Below, one piece after another: positions 1-12,741 of a stretch of DNA of 64,000 bases. A program made the position numbers and the translations under genes. The notes under the pieces are model-generated. The model worked only from the letters and a program-made list of their open reading frames with translations. It did no database searches and had not been told where the DNA came from. Source of the stretch: the human T2T-CHM13v2.0 reference genome, Homo sapiens; NCBI RefSeq assembly GCF_009914755.1, contig NC_060926.1; one strand, written 5' to 3'. The stretch's first letter is position 1, and every line of letters begins with the position of its first letter.

Positions 1-3000
1 ACACACCACAGTTATGATGTTATAATATTCTGTGATTTTCTGAGTGCTTACTATTACCGGTGAGTTCTGTACCTTCAGGTGATGTGTTATTGTTCATTAA
101 CATCCTTTTATCTCTGATTGAAATACTACCTTTAGCATTTCTTGAGGACAGGTCTGGTGTTGATGAAATCTCCCAGCTTTTATCTGTCCGGAAAAGCCTT
201 TATTTCTCCTTCATGTTTGAAGGATATTTTCATCAGATATATTATTCTAGGGTAAAAGTTGTCTGTGTTTTTTTTTCCTTCAGCACTTTATGTCATGCTG
301 CTCTCTCCCAGCCTGTAAGGTTTTCACAGAAAATTTTCCTGCAAGATGTATGGGAGATCCATTGTATGTTGTTTGTTTCTTTTCTCTTGTTGCTTTTAGA
401 ATCCTTTCTTTATTCTTGATCTTTGCAAGTCTGATTATTAAATGCCTTGAGGTAGTCTTCTTTGGGTTAAATCTGCTTGGTGTTCTACAACCTTCTTATG
501 CTTGGATATTGATATCTTTCTCCAAATTTGGGAGTTCTCTGTTATTATTCATTACAATAAACTATCTACCTCTATCTCTTTCTCTACTTCTTCTTTAAGG
601 CCAATAACTCTTAGATTTGCCATTTTAAGGCTATTTTCTAGATTCTGTAGGCACACTTCATTGATTTTTATTCTTTTTCCTTTTGTCTCCTCTGACTGTG
701 TATTTTCAAGTAGCTTGTCTTCAAGCTCACTAACTCTTCCTTCCACTTGATCAATTCTGCTACTAAAAGATTCTGATGCATTCTTCTGTATGCCAATTGC
801 ATTTTTTTCAGCTCCAGAATTTCTGCTTCTTTTTGATTATTTCAATCTCTTTCTTAAATTTATCTGACAGAATTATGAATTCCTTCTCTATGTTCTCTTG
901 AATTTCTTTGAGTTTCCTCAACATACCTATTTTGAATTCTCTGTCTGAAAGGTCACATATCTCTGTTTCTCCAGGATTAGTCACTGGTGCCTTTAGCTCA
1001 TTCAGTGAGGTCATGTTTTCCTGGATAGTGTTGATGCTGGTAGACGTTCGTCAGTGTCTGGGCACTGAAGAGTTAGGTATTCATTGCAGTCTCCTCAGTC
1101 TGGGCTTGTTTGTACCTGTCCTTCTTGGGAAGGCTTTCCAGAAATTTGAAGGGACTTAGGTATTGTGATCTAAGCTGTATCTGCTTTAGGGGGTGCCTCA
1201 AGCCCAGTAATGCTGTGGTTCTAGTAGACTTCTAGAGGTACTACCTTGATGATCTTGGACAAGACTCAGGAGAATTTCCTGGAATACCCAGCAAAGACTC
1301 TTCTTCTCTTCCATTACTTTCTCCAAAAAAGTAGTCTCTCTCTCTGTTCTGAGCCACCTAAAGCTGGGGAAGGAGTGACACAAGCACCCATGTAGCCACC
1401 ACCACTATGACTGTGCTGGTTCAGACCTGAAGCCAACACAGCACTGGGTCTTACCTAAGCCCTGCTATGATCACTCCCTGGCTACTGCTTATGTTTTCTC
1501 AAGGCACTGGGGCTCCAGAGTCAACAAGTGGCAAAGGCCAGCCAGATTTGTATCCTTCTTTTCACATCAACGAGGTCCCCTAGGTGGGTCCAGAGGTACC
1601 ATTTGGGAGTCAGGGACTAGATCAAAAACCTTAGAAATCTATCTAGTGTTCTATTGTACTGAAACTGAGTTGGGACTCAAACCACAAGACACAGTCCTTC
1701 CCACTCTTTCCTCTGCTTTCCAAAAACAGAGGAGCCTCACCTCATAGCCACTGCCACCACAAGCCACAAGGAGAACTACTAGACTACCACCCATATTCCC
1801 TTAAGGACCAAGGGCTCTTAAATAAGACTGTGGTGAATGCTGCCTGGCCTATGACTCACCTTTTAGGACACTGGGCTCCACTCTGTAACAGGGCAGAACC
1901 AGAAATGCCATCCAAGAGTCAAGTTCTGGAATCAGGGACCCCCAATAGCTCACTTGGTCCTCTCCCCTGTGGCCATGCTGCTACCCACGATGCAAGAAAA
2001 AGTCCCCTTTACTTTTCCCTCTGCTTTTCTCAAGCAGAAGGAGTTTTGCCTCATAGCCACCACAGCTAGTATTGTGCTGAGTCTCACTGAAGCCAGTAAG
2101 TCTCAGAGGTTCACCCAACACCCTCGATGTAGTGCCTGGGTATTACTGCTGGTTATTCAGACCCCAAGGGCTTCAGTGAGCAGGTGATAAATGGTGTCAG
2201 GACTCGGCCCTTCCCTTCAAGGTTGTGGGTTCCCTTCTGGCCCAGGGTGTGTCTAGGGTCATCCACGATCTAGGGTCATTCCAGGCTGATATCCAAGAAG
2301 CAAGACAAAGTCCTCCCCGACTCTTCTCTCTCCCCTCTTTCAGTGGAAGGAAGATGTAACTTTTGGAACAGTGTCCTATGCAATCTGAGGTTAAAGGAGG
2401 GGTGATGCCAGCACTCCCTTACTTGCCCCAGCTGGTGTCTCAGTAGATCGCGTGCTCCCCCAATCCACTGTCTCTGGTCCTAGTTTGGGACTAGGTCTTA
2501 CCTAAAAGTTGCAGCCCTTATGGCCCAGGCTGCCTTTCAAGTTTACTTAGAGACATAATGTACTTTTATCCTCAGTGGCAAAGTTTGCAGGAACTCAAGT
2601 TTAGACCTCTGGGATAGGTGATTTCCCTCTGGCTAGGGATGGTTTAAATAATCTGTCTGTGGGCAAGCATCAGCTGAGTTTTGTCAGGTTTTCCTTTCTG
2701 CTGTAGCAGGACAGCACTGAGTTCAATGCCTCAGGACTGCCGTGCCCTTCCTCCCCAAGCACCCAGAGATGATCTCTGCACCATGCCTGCTACTGCAGGG
2801 AGAGCCAAGTGGAGGAGGGATATGTCAGCAATTCAATTCAGGACTGCTTTTTTCTACGTGTTTAGTGCCTCTTTTAGTGATATGAAGTTAAAACCAGGTA
2901 CTATGAGTGCACACCTGAATTTTGTTCTTACGAAGGTATATTTTCTGTGTAGATAGTTGGTAAATTGGTGTATTTGTTGGGGGAACAATTGGTGGAGCTT

Positions 3001-3030
3001 TCTATTCTGACATCTTGCTCTACCTCCTCC
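1..3030 (-). mobile_element. LINE-1 5' portion (L1M/L1MA-type): ~2 kb 5'UTR plus decayed ORF1, continuing off the left edge
   Basis: The minus strand begins GGAGGAGGTAGAGCAAGATGTCAGAATAGAAAG at ~3030, a typical L1 5' terminus. ORF1 peptides are recognisable in minus frames: EICDLSDREFKI..LRKLKEIQEN, NLRVIGLKEEVEKE, TSRHLIIRLAKIKNKERILKATREK, FINTRPVL..EMLK. Confidence 0.92.
100..1060 (-). pseudogene. Frameshifted, stop-interrupted L1 ORF1p remnant
   Basis: ORF-track fragments 808..1014 and 552..746, plus further ORF1-like peptide in minus frames down to ~100. Multiple frameshifts and stops. Confidence 0.88.
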
Positions 3031-3151
3031 TAATAGTGTAGTCTTAATTAAAAAAAAAACAGTTAAGGCAATATGAGAAAGAGAGTAGATGACATTATCA
3101 AATATGAACCAAAAATTTATAAATTAACTCAAATATTATAAATAAAATACT

Positions 3152-5476
3152 TGGATTAGTTTTTATACTGCTATAAAGAACTGCCTGAGATTGCATAATT
3201 TACAAACGAAAAAGGCTTAATTGACTCACAGTTCAGTATGGCTGGAGAGGCCTCAGAAAACTTACAATCATGGAGGAAGAAGAAGGGGAAGCAAGACACC
3301 TTCTTCACAACACAGCAAGAAGTAGAAGTGCCAAGGGAAGGGTGAAGAGTCCCTTATAAAACCATCAGATCTCATGAGAACTCACTCACTATCATGAGAA
3401 CAGCATGGGGGAAGCCATCCCCATAATTCAAGTACCTCCACCAGGTCTCTCCCTTGACATGTGAGGATTACAATTCGAGATGAGATTTTGGTGGGGACAC
3501 AAGGCCTAACCATATCATTCAGCCCCTGGTCCCTCATAAATCTCATGTCCCATTAACATTTCAAAGCCAATCATGCCTTCCCAACACTCCCCCAAAGTCT
3601 TAACTCATTCCAGCATTAACTGAAAAGTCCAAGTCCAAATCCAAAGTCTCATTGAGATAAGGCACATTCCTTCCACCTATGAGCCTGTAAAATAAAAAAG
3701 TAAGTTACTTCTGAGATAAAATGGGCATGCAGGCATTGGGTAAATTCTCTCATTCCAAATGGGATAAACTGGACCCAATAAAGGGTTTACAGGTCCCACA
3801 CAAGTCTAAAACCCAGTAGGGCAGTCATTAAATTTTAAAGCTTCAAAATGATCTCCTTTGACTACATCTTATATGCAGGGCATGCTGATGCAAGGCATGG
3901 ACTCCTAAGGTCTTGGACAGCTCTTCCTCTGTGGCTCTGCATGGTACAGCCCCCATGGCTACTTTCACAGGCTGGCATTGAGAGCCTGGGCTATTCCAGG
4001 TGCATGGTGCAAGCTGTTGGTGGATCTACCTTTGTGGGGTCTGGAGGATGATGGCCCTCTTCTCACAGCTCCACTAGGCAGTACCCCAGTGGGACTCTGT
4101 GTGGGGGTTTCCACACTGCCCTAGCAGAGGTTCTCCATGAGGGCTCTACAGCAAACTTCTGCCTGGACATCCAGGCATTTTCACACATTCTCTGAAACCT
4201 AGACATAGGTTCTCAGTTCTTGACTTCTGTACACCTGCACGCCCAACACCACATGTAAGCCACCAAGGTTTGGAGCTTGCACCCTCTGACGCAATGGCCT
4301 GAGCTGTATGTTGGTCCCTTTTAGCCATGGCTTGGATGCAGGGCACCAAGTCTCAAGACTGCACAAAGCAGCAAGGCCCTGGGCCCATCCCATGAAACCA
4401 TTTTTTTCCCCTCCTATGCCTCTGGGCCTGTGATGGAAGTGGCAGCCATGAAGACCTCTGACATGTCCTGGAGACATTTTCCCTATTGTCTTGGTGATTA
4501 ACATTTGGCTCCTTGTTACTTATGCAAATTTCTGCAGTTGGCTTGAATTTCTTCTCAGAAAATGGATTTTTCTTTTCTATTGCATTGTCAGGCTACACAT
4601 TTTCTAAAGTTGTATTCTCTGCTTCCCTTTTAAACGTAAGTTCCAATTCCAAATCATCTCTTTGTGAATGCATAATACTGGATGCTTTTAAGAGCACCCA
4701 AGTCACTTCTTGAACACTTTGCTGCTTAGAAATTTCTTTTGCCATATACCCTAAATCATCTCTCTAAACTCCAAGGTTCCACAGATCTCTAGGGCAGGTG
4801 CAAAATGCCATCAGTTTCTTTGCTAAAGCATAGCAAGAGTGATATTTACTCTAGTTCCCAGTAAGTCCCTCATCTCCATCTGAAATCACCTCAGCCTGGA
4901 CTTCATTGTCCATATCACTATCAGCATTTTAGTCAAAGCCATTCAATAAATCACTAGGAAGTTCCAAACTTTCTCACACCTTCCCATCTTCTTCTGAGCC
5001 CTCCAAACTGTTCCAACCTCTGCCTGTTACCCAGTTGCAAAGTCACTTTCACATTTTTGGGTATCTTTATAGAAGCTTCCCACTTCCGGTACCAATTTAC
5101 TATATTAGTCCATTTTCATACTGCTACAAATAACTGTCCAAGACTGGGTAATTTATAAAGAAAGAGGTTTAATTGACTCACAGTTCAGCATGGCTAGGAG
5201 GCCTCAGGAAACTTACAATCATGGAAGAAGGGGAAAGAAAGGGAAGCAAGGCACCTCCTTCACAAGGCAGCAGGAAGGAGAAGTGCTGAGAGAAAAAAGA
5301 AGAGCCCTTTATAAAACCATCAGATCTTGTGAAAACTCACTATTCAGAGAATAGCATGGGGGAAACCACCCCCATGATTCAATTACTTCCACCTAGTCTC
5401 TCCCTTGACACCTGGGGACTGGGGGTACTACAATTCAAGATGAGATTGGGTGAGAACACAAAGCCTAACCATATCA
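3152..5476 (-). mobile_element. Complete THE1D (ERVL-MaLR) element: LTR 3152-3517, internal 3518-5100, LTR 5101-5476
   Basis: Two ~370 bp direct repeats, both ending ..CCTAACCATATCA, flank a ~1.58 kb THE1 internal sequence. 5-bp TSD ATACT (3147-3151) / ATATT (5477-5481). Confidence 0.95.
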
Positions 5477-5876
5477 ATATTATTAAACTGAAGCCAGCAA
5501 AAGAGAAATAATTACATCACTGTAAACTTAGGCAAGTATGTTCAACATTAGAAAAGCTATTACATAAATTCACTGCATTAACAAATTAAAGAAGAAACAT
5601 ATGAGCTCATCAGATACAGAGGCACATTTGATAGGAGCAATTATTTTTATAATAAAACACAAAACAGAAATGAAAGAAAACTGTCTCCATTGATTAAGTA
5701 TACCTTTTAAGACTTGCAACCATTATACTTAATGAAGGAATAAGAGACCCAGAGCCTTTGAGTCAAGAACTAAGTAAGGCTACCAATTCTATTCACATTG
5801 CTCATGAAATCCTAGACAAAACAAATTTGTTAACAAAAAGGAGAAAAAAAGTTATATGATTTGGAAACTTACATTA

Positions 5877-6920
5877 CAGTCAACCCTTGAACAACATGGG
5901 TTTGAAGTGTGAGGGTCCACTTACATGCAGACTTTTTTCAATAAATACATTGGAAAAATTTTTGGAGATTTATGACAATTTGAAAAAACTTACAGATAAA
6001 ACACATAGCCACAAAATATTTTTAAAAATTTAGGTATGTCATGAATGTATAAAATTTATGTAGAAACTAGTCTACTTTGTTAGTATCATAAAATATATGC
6101 AAACTTATTATAAAAACTTAAAATTTAGTTTAAAACTAACACACACAAACACTTACAGACCATACACGGCACCAATCACAGTCAAGAGAAATGTAAATAA
6201 ATGTGAAGATGCAATATTAAATCAAAGCTGAATAAATTTACTCTAGTGCATACTATACTACTATAAAAGTTGTATAACCACTCCTGTTGCTATTGTGGTG
6301 AGCTCAAATGTTGCAAATGTCCACTTCAATCACCATGTGATGCTCATCACCTCTGTGTGAGCAGTTTGTCTCCTCGGTAAATTACATCCCATAGTAAAAA
6401 GTGATCTCTTGTCATTTTTGCCTATTTTCATCGTGTTTAGTGCCATATGGCAAACCTTGAATAACACCATGAGAACCATATGAAGTGCCACTAGTCATGC
6501 TGGAAGTGTTCCCAAGAAGCAGAGAAAAGTCATGACATAACAAGAAAAAGTTAAATTGCTTGATATGTACTGCAGATTGGAGTCTGCAGCTGCGATTGCC
6601 TGCCATTTCAGACGGATGATTCATCTTGTGAACAGATGATGTAAACTTACAGTATTGACAAATACACTAATTACTGTAAATGTATTTTTTCTTATAATTT
6701 TCTTAATATTTCCTTCTGTTTACTTTTAGTAAATATGCAGTATATAATACATATAGCATACAAAATATGTGTAACTCACTGTTTAGGTTATAGGTAAGGC
6801 TTCCAGTGAACAGTAGGCTATTAGTAGTTAAGTTTTATGAGAGTCAAAAGTTATACACAACTATGTGACTGTGAGGTGGAGAGTGGCATCCTCAACCCCA
6901 CGTTGTTCAAGGATCAACTG
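5877..6920 (+). mobile_element. Tigger2-family DNA transposon (Tigger2b-like, ~1.04 kb)
   Basis: TIRs CAGTCAACCCTTGAACAACATGGG / CCCCACGTTGTTCAAGGATCAACTG. TA target duplication on both sides (5875-76, 6921-22). Confidence 0.92.
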
Positions 6921-7434
6921 TAATTTGTAGGTAATGTCAAAGTCTATCTACATAGAAAATTTACAATTTCCTATAGAAAACAATTAGTATAATTAAGGAA
7001 ATTCAAAATATAGTTATGTATAAGATAAATGAGTGAAATCAATTATATTTTAATCTATCAGAAATAATTGAGAAGTACAAATTCTAAAAAATAAATGACA
7101 CTAAATCTAACAAAACATATGCAAGACCTGTATGGAGGATATTATTTAATTATACTGAAAAACACAGAAGATTTAATTAAAGAAAATATATTCTATGTTC
7201 ATGGATGGGTAGACTAAGTTACATAAGATGCCAATTCTTCGCAAATTAGTCCAAAAAAGTCAATACTAATTAAAATTTCAATAAGTTAGTTTTTGGAGCA
7301 TAATAAGTCAATTCTGAAATTTATATGCAATAGCAAAAAGACAATAATTAGCTAAGAGAATTTTTGAGGAAAAAGGGCAAGTATCAAAATATCAAGACTT
7401 ATTTTAATGTAATAGTAGTAGTAACACAGTTACA

Positions 7435-8030
7435 ATTTTGTCAAGTGTTTTTATGTGTCAGATGCTGTGCTAAGGGTTTCATAAGTATTTGCTAACACAA
7501 TCCTCATAACAACCCTTAGGTTGTACAATGGACTGAATGTTTGTCCTCCCCTAAAATTCATATGTTGAACCCTAATGCCCAATATGATGGTATTAGGAGG
7601 TAGGGCCTTTGGGAGGTGATTAGATCTTGAGGGTGAGGTCCTATAAAAACAACTCCACAGAGCTGCCTTACCCCTTCCACAATGTGAGGCAAAAAAAAAA
7701 AAAGAAAAAAAAAGAAAAAAAAAAAACAGCCATCCATGAACCAGGAAGTGGGCCCTCACCAGATACTAAATCTGTCGGTGGATTGATCTTCAGATTACAA
7801 TCCAGAACTATGAGAAAAAATTTCTGTTGTTTATAAGCCACCCAGTATATATGATATTTTGTTATAGCAGCCCTAATGGATTAAAACAGGTAATTACCAT
7901 TGCTAAATTCATTCAACAGATGAGAAAACTGAGGCACAGAGAGACTAAAAAATACACACAAGGGGATTCACTAGAATATGGTGAAGACAAGATTCAAACA
8001 CAGATATTTGACTTTGGAAGTGCCCTGCCA
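7435..8030 (-). mobile_element. MIR SINE split by the MLT1A LTR
   Basis: Left piece TGTGTCAGATGCTGTGCTAAG..AATCCTCATAACAACCCT. Right piece has the MIR core CAGATGAGAAAACTGAGGCACAGAGAG. Confidence 0.75.
7522..7888 (+). mobile_element. MLT1A/MLT1A0 solo LTR with an internal A-rich expansion (7691-7726)
   Basis: Starts ATGGACTGAATGTTTGTCCTCCCCTAAAATTCATATGTTGAA and ends TTTTGTTATAGCAGCCCTAATGGATTAAAACA. Confidence 0.88.
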
Positions 8031-8261
8031 TATCCCCCAAAACAATATAGTTGACAGCATAGTTTTGATGTATAGATATATAAAAACACAAAGAAAACCA
8101 GAGAGGGGTCAGAAATATAACAAAGTATTTTTAGAAAATTACTATATGACAGAGATATAATTACAAATCTGTGAGGAGGAGAATGAGATATTCAATAAAT
8201 AATAAAGAAAAAACAAAATTAGATCCCTGCATCATACTACATGTAAATATATAGCTATATA

Positions 8262-8619
8262 CAGGTTGACCTCTAATATGAAAATCTGAAATCTGAAAAT
8301 CTCCAAAATTTGAAAGTTTTTGAGAACTGACATAATGTCACAAATGGAAAATTTCACACTTGACCTCACATGATGGGTCTCAGTCAAATCACAGGCACAC
8401 AACACACCATTTATTTAGCATCCCCAAGGGAAAAATAAAATTACTTTCAGTCTATGTGTATAAGGTATATACGAAACATAAATAAATTTTGTGTTTAGAC
8501 TTGGATCCCATCAACAAGATACCTCATTATGTATATGCAAACATTACAAATTCTGTAAAAAAACTGAAATCTGAAATATTTCAGGTACCAAGCATTTCAG
8601 ATAAGGGATACTCAACCTG
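8262..8619. mobile_element. Tigger4b/MER46-type MITE
   Basis: Termini CAGGTTGA.. / ..GATAAGGGATACTCAACCTG, ~358 bp, preceded by TA. Confidence 0.88.
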
Positions 8620-9301
8620 AATATTAAAAGTCTTAACGTGTAAATTAAAATATTACAACTTTGGGAAGAACATGTAAGATAAAATCTTTATGGTCTCAGA
8701 GTAAGAAAAAATTTCTTAAATTATACATAATAAACTATAAAGAAAAAATTGCTAAATTTGAATATTCAAATAAAAATCTTTCTATATAGCAAAATATGCC
8801 ATAAATAATTAAAAAGATAAACCGCAGACTGGATAATGATATTTACAATTTATGTAACCAAAATATTTTGTTAGGTAGACTACAAAACACTTTTATGAAT
8901 ATAAAAAGTCATATAACCTAAGGAAAAATAGACACAGGATATGAATGAGCAATTGATAAAAGAGCTAAAAGTTCATTAGACCTGAGAAACAATGTTCTAC
9001 TATACTACTAATTGCATGACAAAAAAAATGAAATAACATTTTACCCAACAGAGAAGCAAAGATGAAAGTGAAATTCAGTAAAATTTCAAAAATTAGTGAT
9101 GATGTGAATTAAACAACTTTCATATACTAAAAGCTGAAGTATAAACTGTCACACCAGGCCAGTATTACAAGATACACTGATAAGCAAAAGCATATATAGT
9201 AGCCTATGATAAGCCTTAGTTATTTGTGTCGAAATGGATAAATATCAAGTAACTATGTTGAGGAGAAAAAAAAAAAAAGAAGTTGCAGAATGACACATGC
9301 A

Positions 9302-9802
9302 CAGTTGACCCTTAAATAACACAGGTTTGAACTTTGAGGATCCAATTTTACTTGGATTTCTTTCAATAAAAGTTATATCGAATGCCCCTGCCTCTTCTGG
9401 CTTTTATTCTACCTCCTCCACCTCTTCCGCCTCTGCCACCCCTGAAACAGTAAGAACAACCCTTTCTCTTTCTCCTCCTCCTCAGTCTACTCACCATAAA
9501 ACTAATGAGGATGAAGGGCCTTATGATGATCCACTTCTACTTAACAGCAAATATATTTTCTCTTCCTCATAATTTTCTTAATAACATTTTTTTCTTTAGC
9601 TTACTTTATTGTGAAAATACAGTATATAATACACATAATATATAAAATATGTGTTAAGCAAGTGTTTATGTTATTAGTAAGCCTTCCAGTCAACAGTAGG
9701 CTATTAGCAGTTAAGTCTGGGAACAGTCAAAAGTTATATGCAGATTTTCAACTGTGTGGGAGGTCGGCACTCCTAACTCCCATGTTGTTTAAGGGTCAAC
9801 TG
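9302..9802 (+). mobile_element. Tigger2a-like non-autonomous DNA transposon
   Basis: TIRs CAGTTGACCCTTAAATAACAC / TGTTGTTTAAGGGTCAACTG followed by TA. The 3' part is homologous to the 5877-6920 copy. Confidence 0.9.
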
Positions 9803-10549
9803 TAGTATGATACCACTTATATAATAACATGCAAACTCTATCTTGTTTATAGAATCATACATATGTATAAAATTATAAAAATAGGCATGGAGAAGTTAAA
9901 AATCAAATCAAGATAATTATGACCTCCAGGAAGGGGAGAATGGAATGGGATAAGGGGCAGTTATCCAAGGGATTTCAAATGTATTGGAAATGTTTATTTG
10001 TCTAAAATAAAGGTATGAAGCAAATATGGAAAAATGTTAAATTCGAAAAAGCTGGATGTTGAGTACACAGATGCTGACTATATTATTCTGTATACCTACC
10101 TTTTCATTTGCTTGAATTATTTCATAATATAGAGAACCAATTGTTTCATTTATATATATATACACATATATACACATATATATACATATATAGATTTAGG
10201 CTATTTGAATGGAAACATTCGTATGAAAGGTGAATGCATTCTGTGCATTTTATTAAATTTGAAAATGTAAATACATTACTTTCTAAGAGAACGTAGAATT
10301 TTTCCTTAATTGTAGCTTTTTCTACAATCATCTCAAAAAGTATTTGTTTGTCTGAAAATTAACTGGATACTTCACAAATTTGACTAATAAGAACTGGAAT
10401 AATCTATTTGGGATCATTTCAAATAAGTGAATTACTGCAATGAAGATAAATAAATATATACATGGAGATAATTTGTTAAGAATTAAATCATTGAGAAGAT
10501 GTTTCTCTTTCTTGCCTATGGTAGGATATAGCAAATTCCTGGTCCTTCT

Positions 10550-10800
10550 TTCGTTCCACAAATACTTATTAAGAACTAACCATATGTCAGGGCCAAAACA
10601 AACAAGTTTTGTAATTTTCCGGGGCTTCCTATCTAGTGGGAAAAGATAGCAATTAACAACTAGACAAATAAATAAATATCAATTGGTGGTGAGTGCTATG
10701 AAAATAAAGTGAAACCAGGCAATCTGGTGAGGGTGGTAGAGCTGAGATCAGAAAGAAAAGGAGAAAAACATGCAAGAGTCTGGCAAGAATAGCTTCCAGA
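10550..10800 (-). mobile_element. L2 fragment
   Basis: CAAATACTTATTAAGAACTAACCATATGTCAGG..TCTAGTGGGAAAAGATAG..GAGTGCTATGAAA pattern of the L2 3' end. Confidence 0.6.
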
Positions 10801-11134
10801 CATTTCCCCCAGGACTTGGATATGTACTTAGACATGCATAAATTCCCCAAAGTCTTCATATCTTTGAATTATATCTTCCCTTTTGAGACTTCTCTTTTGT
10901 AAAGAAATATTTTATCACTTGGCTAGAATAGCTGCCTACATGATGATGATTCCAGAACAACACAGCTTTCTTAAGATGTTGGACTGGGGCCTTAAAGGCT
11001 AGAATCTCAAAATCAAAGGCTAGGATCTCAAGACTCAAAGGTCTCAGAACTAATGAGATTCAAACTTGTGAGCCTTTGAGGTAGCTTACAAATATAGTAA
11101 TCACCATCTTTCCCCCTACACATACACCATCTGA

Positions 11135-11330
11135 CTCCCTTTTATCGCTTTGCTCTTCTTAGAACTTACGAAAACATACTCTTGTTTATTGGCTGTCTTC
11201 CACACCAGAATATAAGCTCCCTAAGAGTAAGGGTTTTTGAAGGTTTTGGCTCTTTTGTTCACTACTTGTATAATACCTGTGCATAACATGCGATCAATAA
11301 ACACTTACTGATTGAGTCTGAATAAATGTT
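11135..11330 (+). mobile_element. L2 3' end
   Basis: CCAGAATATAAGCTCC..TTTTGTTCACT..TCAATAAACACTTACTGATTGAGTCTGAATAAATG. Confidence 0.65.
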
Positions 11331-12334
11331 AAAACATTGAACTACAACGCTCTAACCCTACTGCCCTAAGTTGTGCCCCAATTGTAAGATACATAATTGT
11401 TTTTCTCTTTAGTCATATTACAAGCAATTCTAGGATAGATACTATGCTTTATGGTGCTTCTACATTCTCTCATCATGCCTAAACCAATACTGGGTATACT
11501 AGGCTTCTTAAAGGAATAATAATTATCCAAATGATTGTTTTTCATGTTTGTGCTGCCTAAAGGCAGGGCAATGGAGAAAATGACATATTAACCTGAGGGC
11601 TTATAGTTCTTACAAATCTGTAAGAGATGATAAAGACATGGTCGTAAGTTAGAGAAGAAAATAAACCATTTTGTTTAATACCTGTAGCCAACGCACATAG
11701 ATGGAACTCTCAAACAGGGAAACTTATTTAAGCTTTTGATAAAAAGTTACTTAACTTGCAACCTAAATAATACAGTTATAACTACAAATCTGTGTTCATC
11801 CTGACACAGAGCCTGTGCTATGCCCAGAGATGTTTTGGAGGATATCTGTATTTAAAAAACAGAAGCTAATGGATGAAATGAAAGAAAATATGAACTACGG
11901 AAACTAAGATGAATACCAAGTACTTCTGACAAATGAAGATTTGCCTTATGTGTCAACTCACTGCTTGGTTTTGTTTGTTTAATAATTAGGATATCTCACA
12001 AACTTATATAGCACCTATTAAACAGTCAGCATTCAATAGGGCTGGTCCAAGCACAGAATTTCACACTCATATTTTAGAGGTATCTTTAGACCCACTTGTC
12101 TAAACTTCTACACTGAAGGGCTACTGGTTTGAAATGTTCAGAAGAACCATTTCTACAGGTTAAGACTCTGTCTCTGGGAAATCTTAAGGGAACAAAAAGA
12201 TACTCCCTAGGGAGTGTCTGTTTAGTTTATCACTCCCAGTGGATTTTTCAATTCCTAGCAGAAAGCAAAGTCCTAAGTCGTTGGAAGAGAGAGCAGGTAA
12301 GTTTGGTAGGGGAGGTGGAAAGCAAAGGCCTATG

Positions 12335-12445
12335 ATGGTATTTCTCAAAATAAGGTTTTATGAACAACATACAACAGAATCACCAAGAGATGCTTTTTTT
12401 GAAATGCAGTTCCAAGCCCACTGACTCAGAATCTGTCAAGGTACA
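12335..12445. mobile_element. MER5-like hAT-Charlie fragment
   Basis: TTTCTCAAA..CAGAATCACC..AAATGCAG..ACTGACTCAGAATCT. Confidence 0.5.
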
Positions 12446-12741
12446 TATTAAAGCATATTGTCTTTCCAAGAGAAAGGCAGGGCAGGCTCTTGTATCATTC
12501 CTAGATCACCACTGTTTGGAGCATGGGCAATCAGGGAAGTGCTAAACTTTGGGAATGTGGGTAAAAAATGGGTCAAGAAATGCGACATTACTTGAAGTGG
12601 GTAAGTTATATAGATGAGCTGGATCAAACCAGACCACAGCAAAGACACAAAATCTGCGTGCTGACCTCTAGAAGTAATAATGCAATAAAAAAAAAACCTA
12701 GTTCTCAGTGGAAGGTATGTATCAAATGTTATTATAATTTA

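Larger units (their letters stand above)
3050..10135 (+). mobile_element. Ancient LINE-1 (L1ME/L1MC-like) ORF2 and 3' end, in pieces at ~3050-3151, 5477-5876, 6923-7430, 8040-8261, 8620-9301 and 9803-10135
   Basis: A-rich plus-strand segments have ORF2-like text (CATTAACAAATTAAAGAAGAAACATATG, ATGTTCATGGATGGGTAGACT, TTAGATCCCTGCATCATAC). An L1M 3'UTR-like end follows (GAAGCAAATATGGAAAAATGTTAA...TATTTCATAAT). Pieces are collinear across the insertions. Confidence 0.7.

Noticed and set aside
552-1014. ORFs with real protein homology (coiled-coil/RRM-like)
   Set aside because: They are broken L1 ORF1p fragments, not a host gene.
60-1159. Hydrophobic plus-strand ORFs (119, 102, 82, 83 aa)
   Set aside because: Antisense frames of A-rich L1 ORF1.
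3848-4713. ORFs inside the THE1 internal region
   Set aside because: Short, in mixed frames and strands. These are decayed MaLR internal sequence with no intact gag-like ORF.
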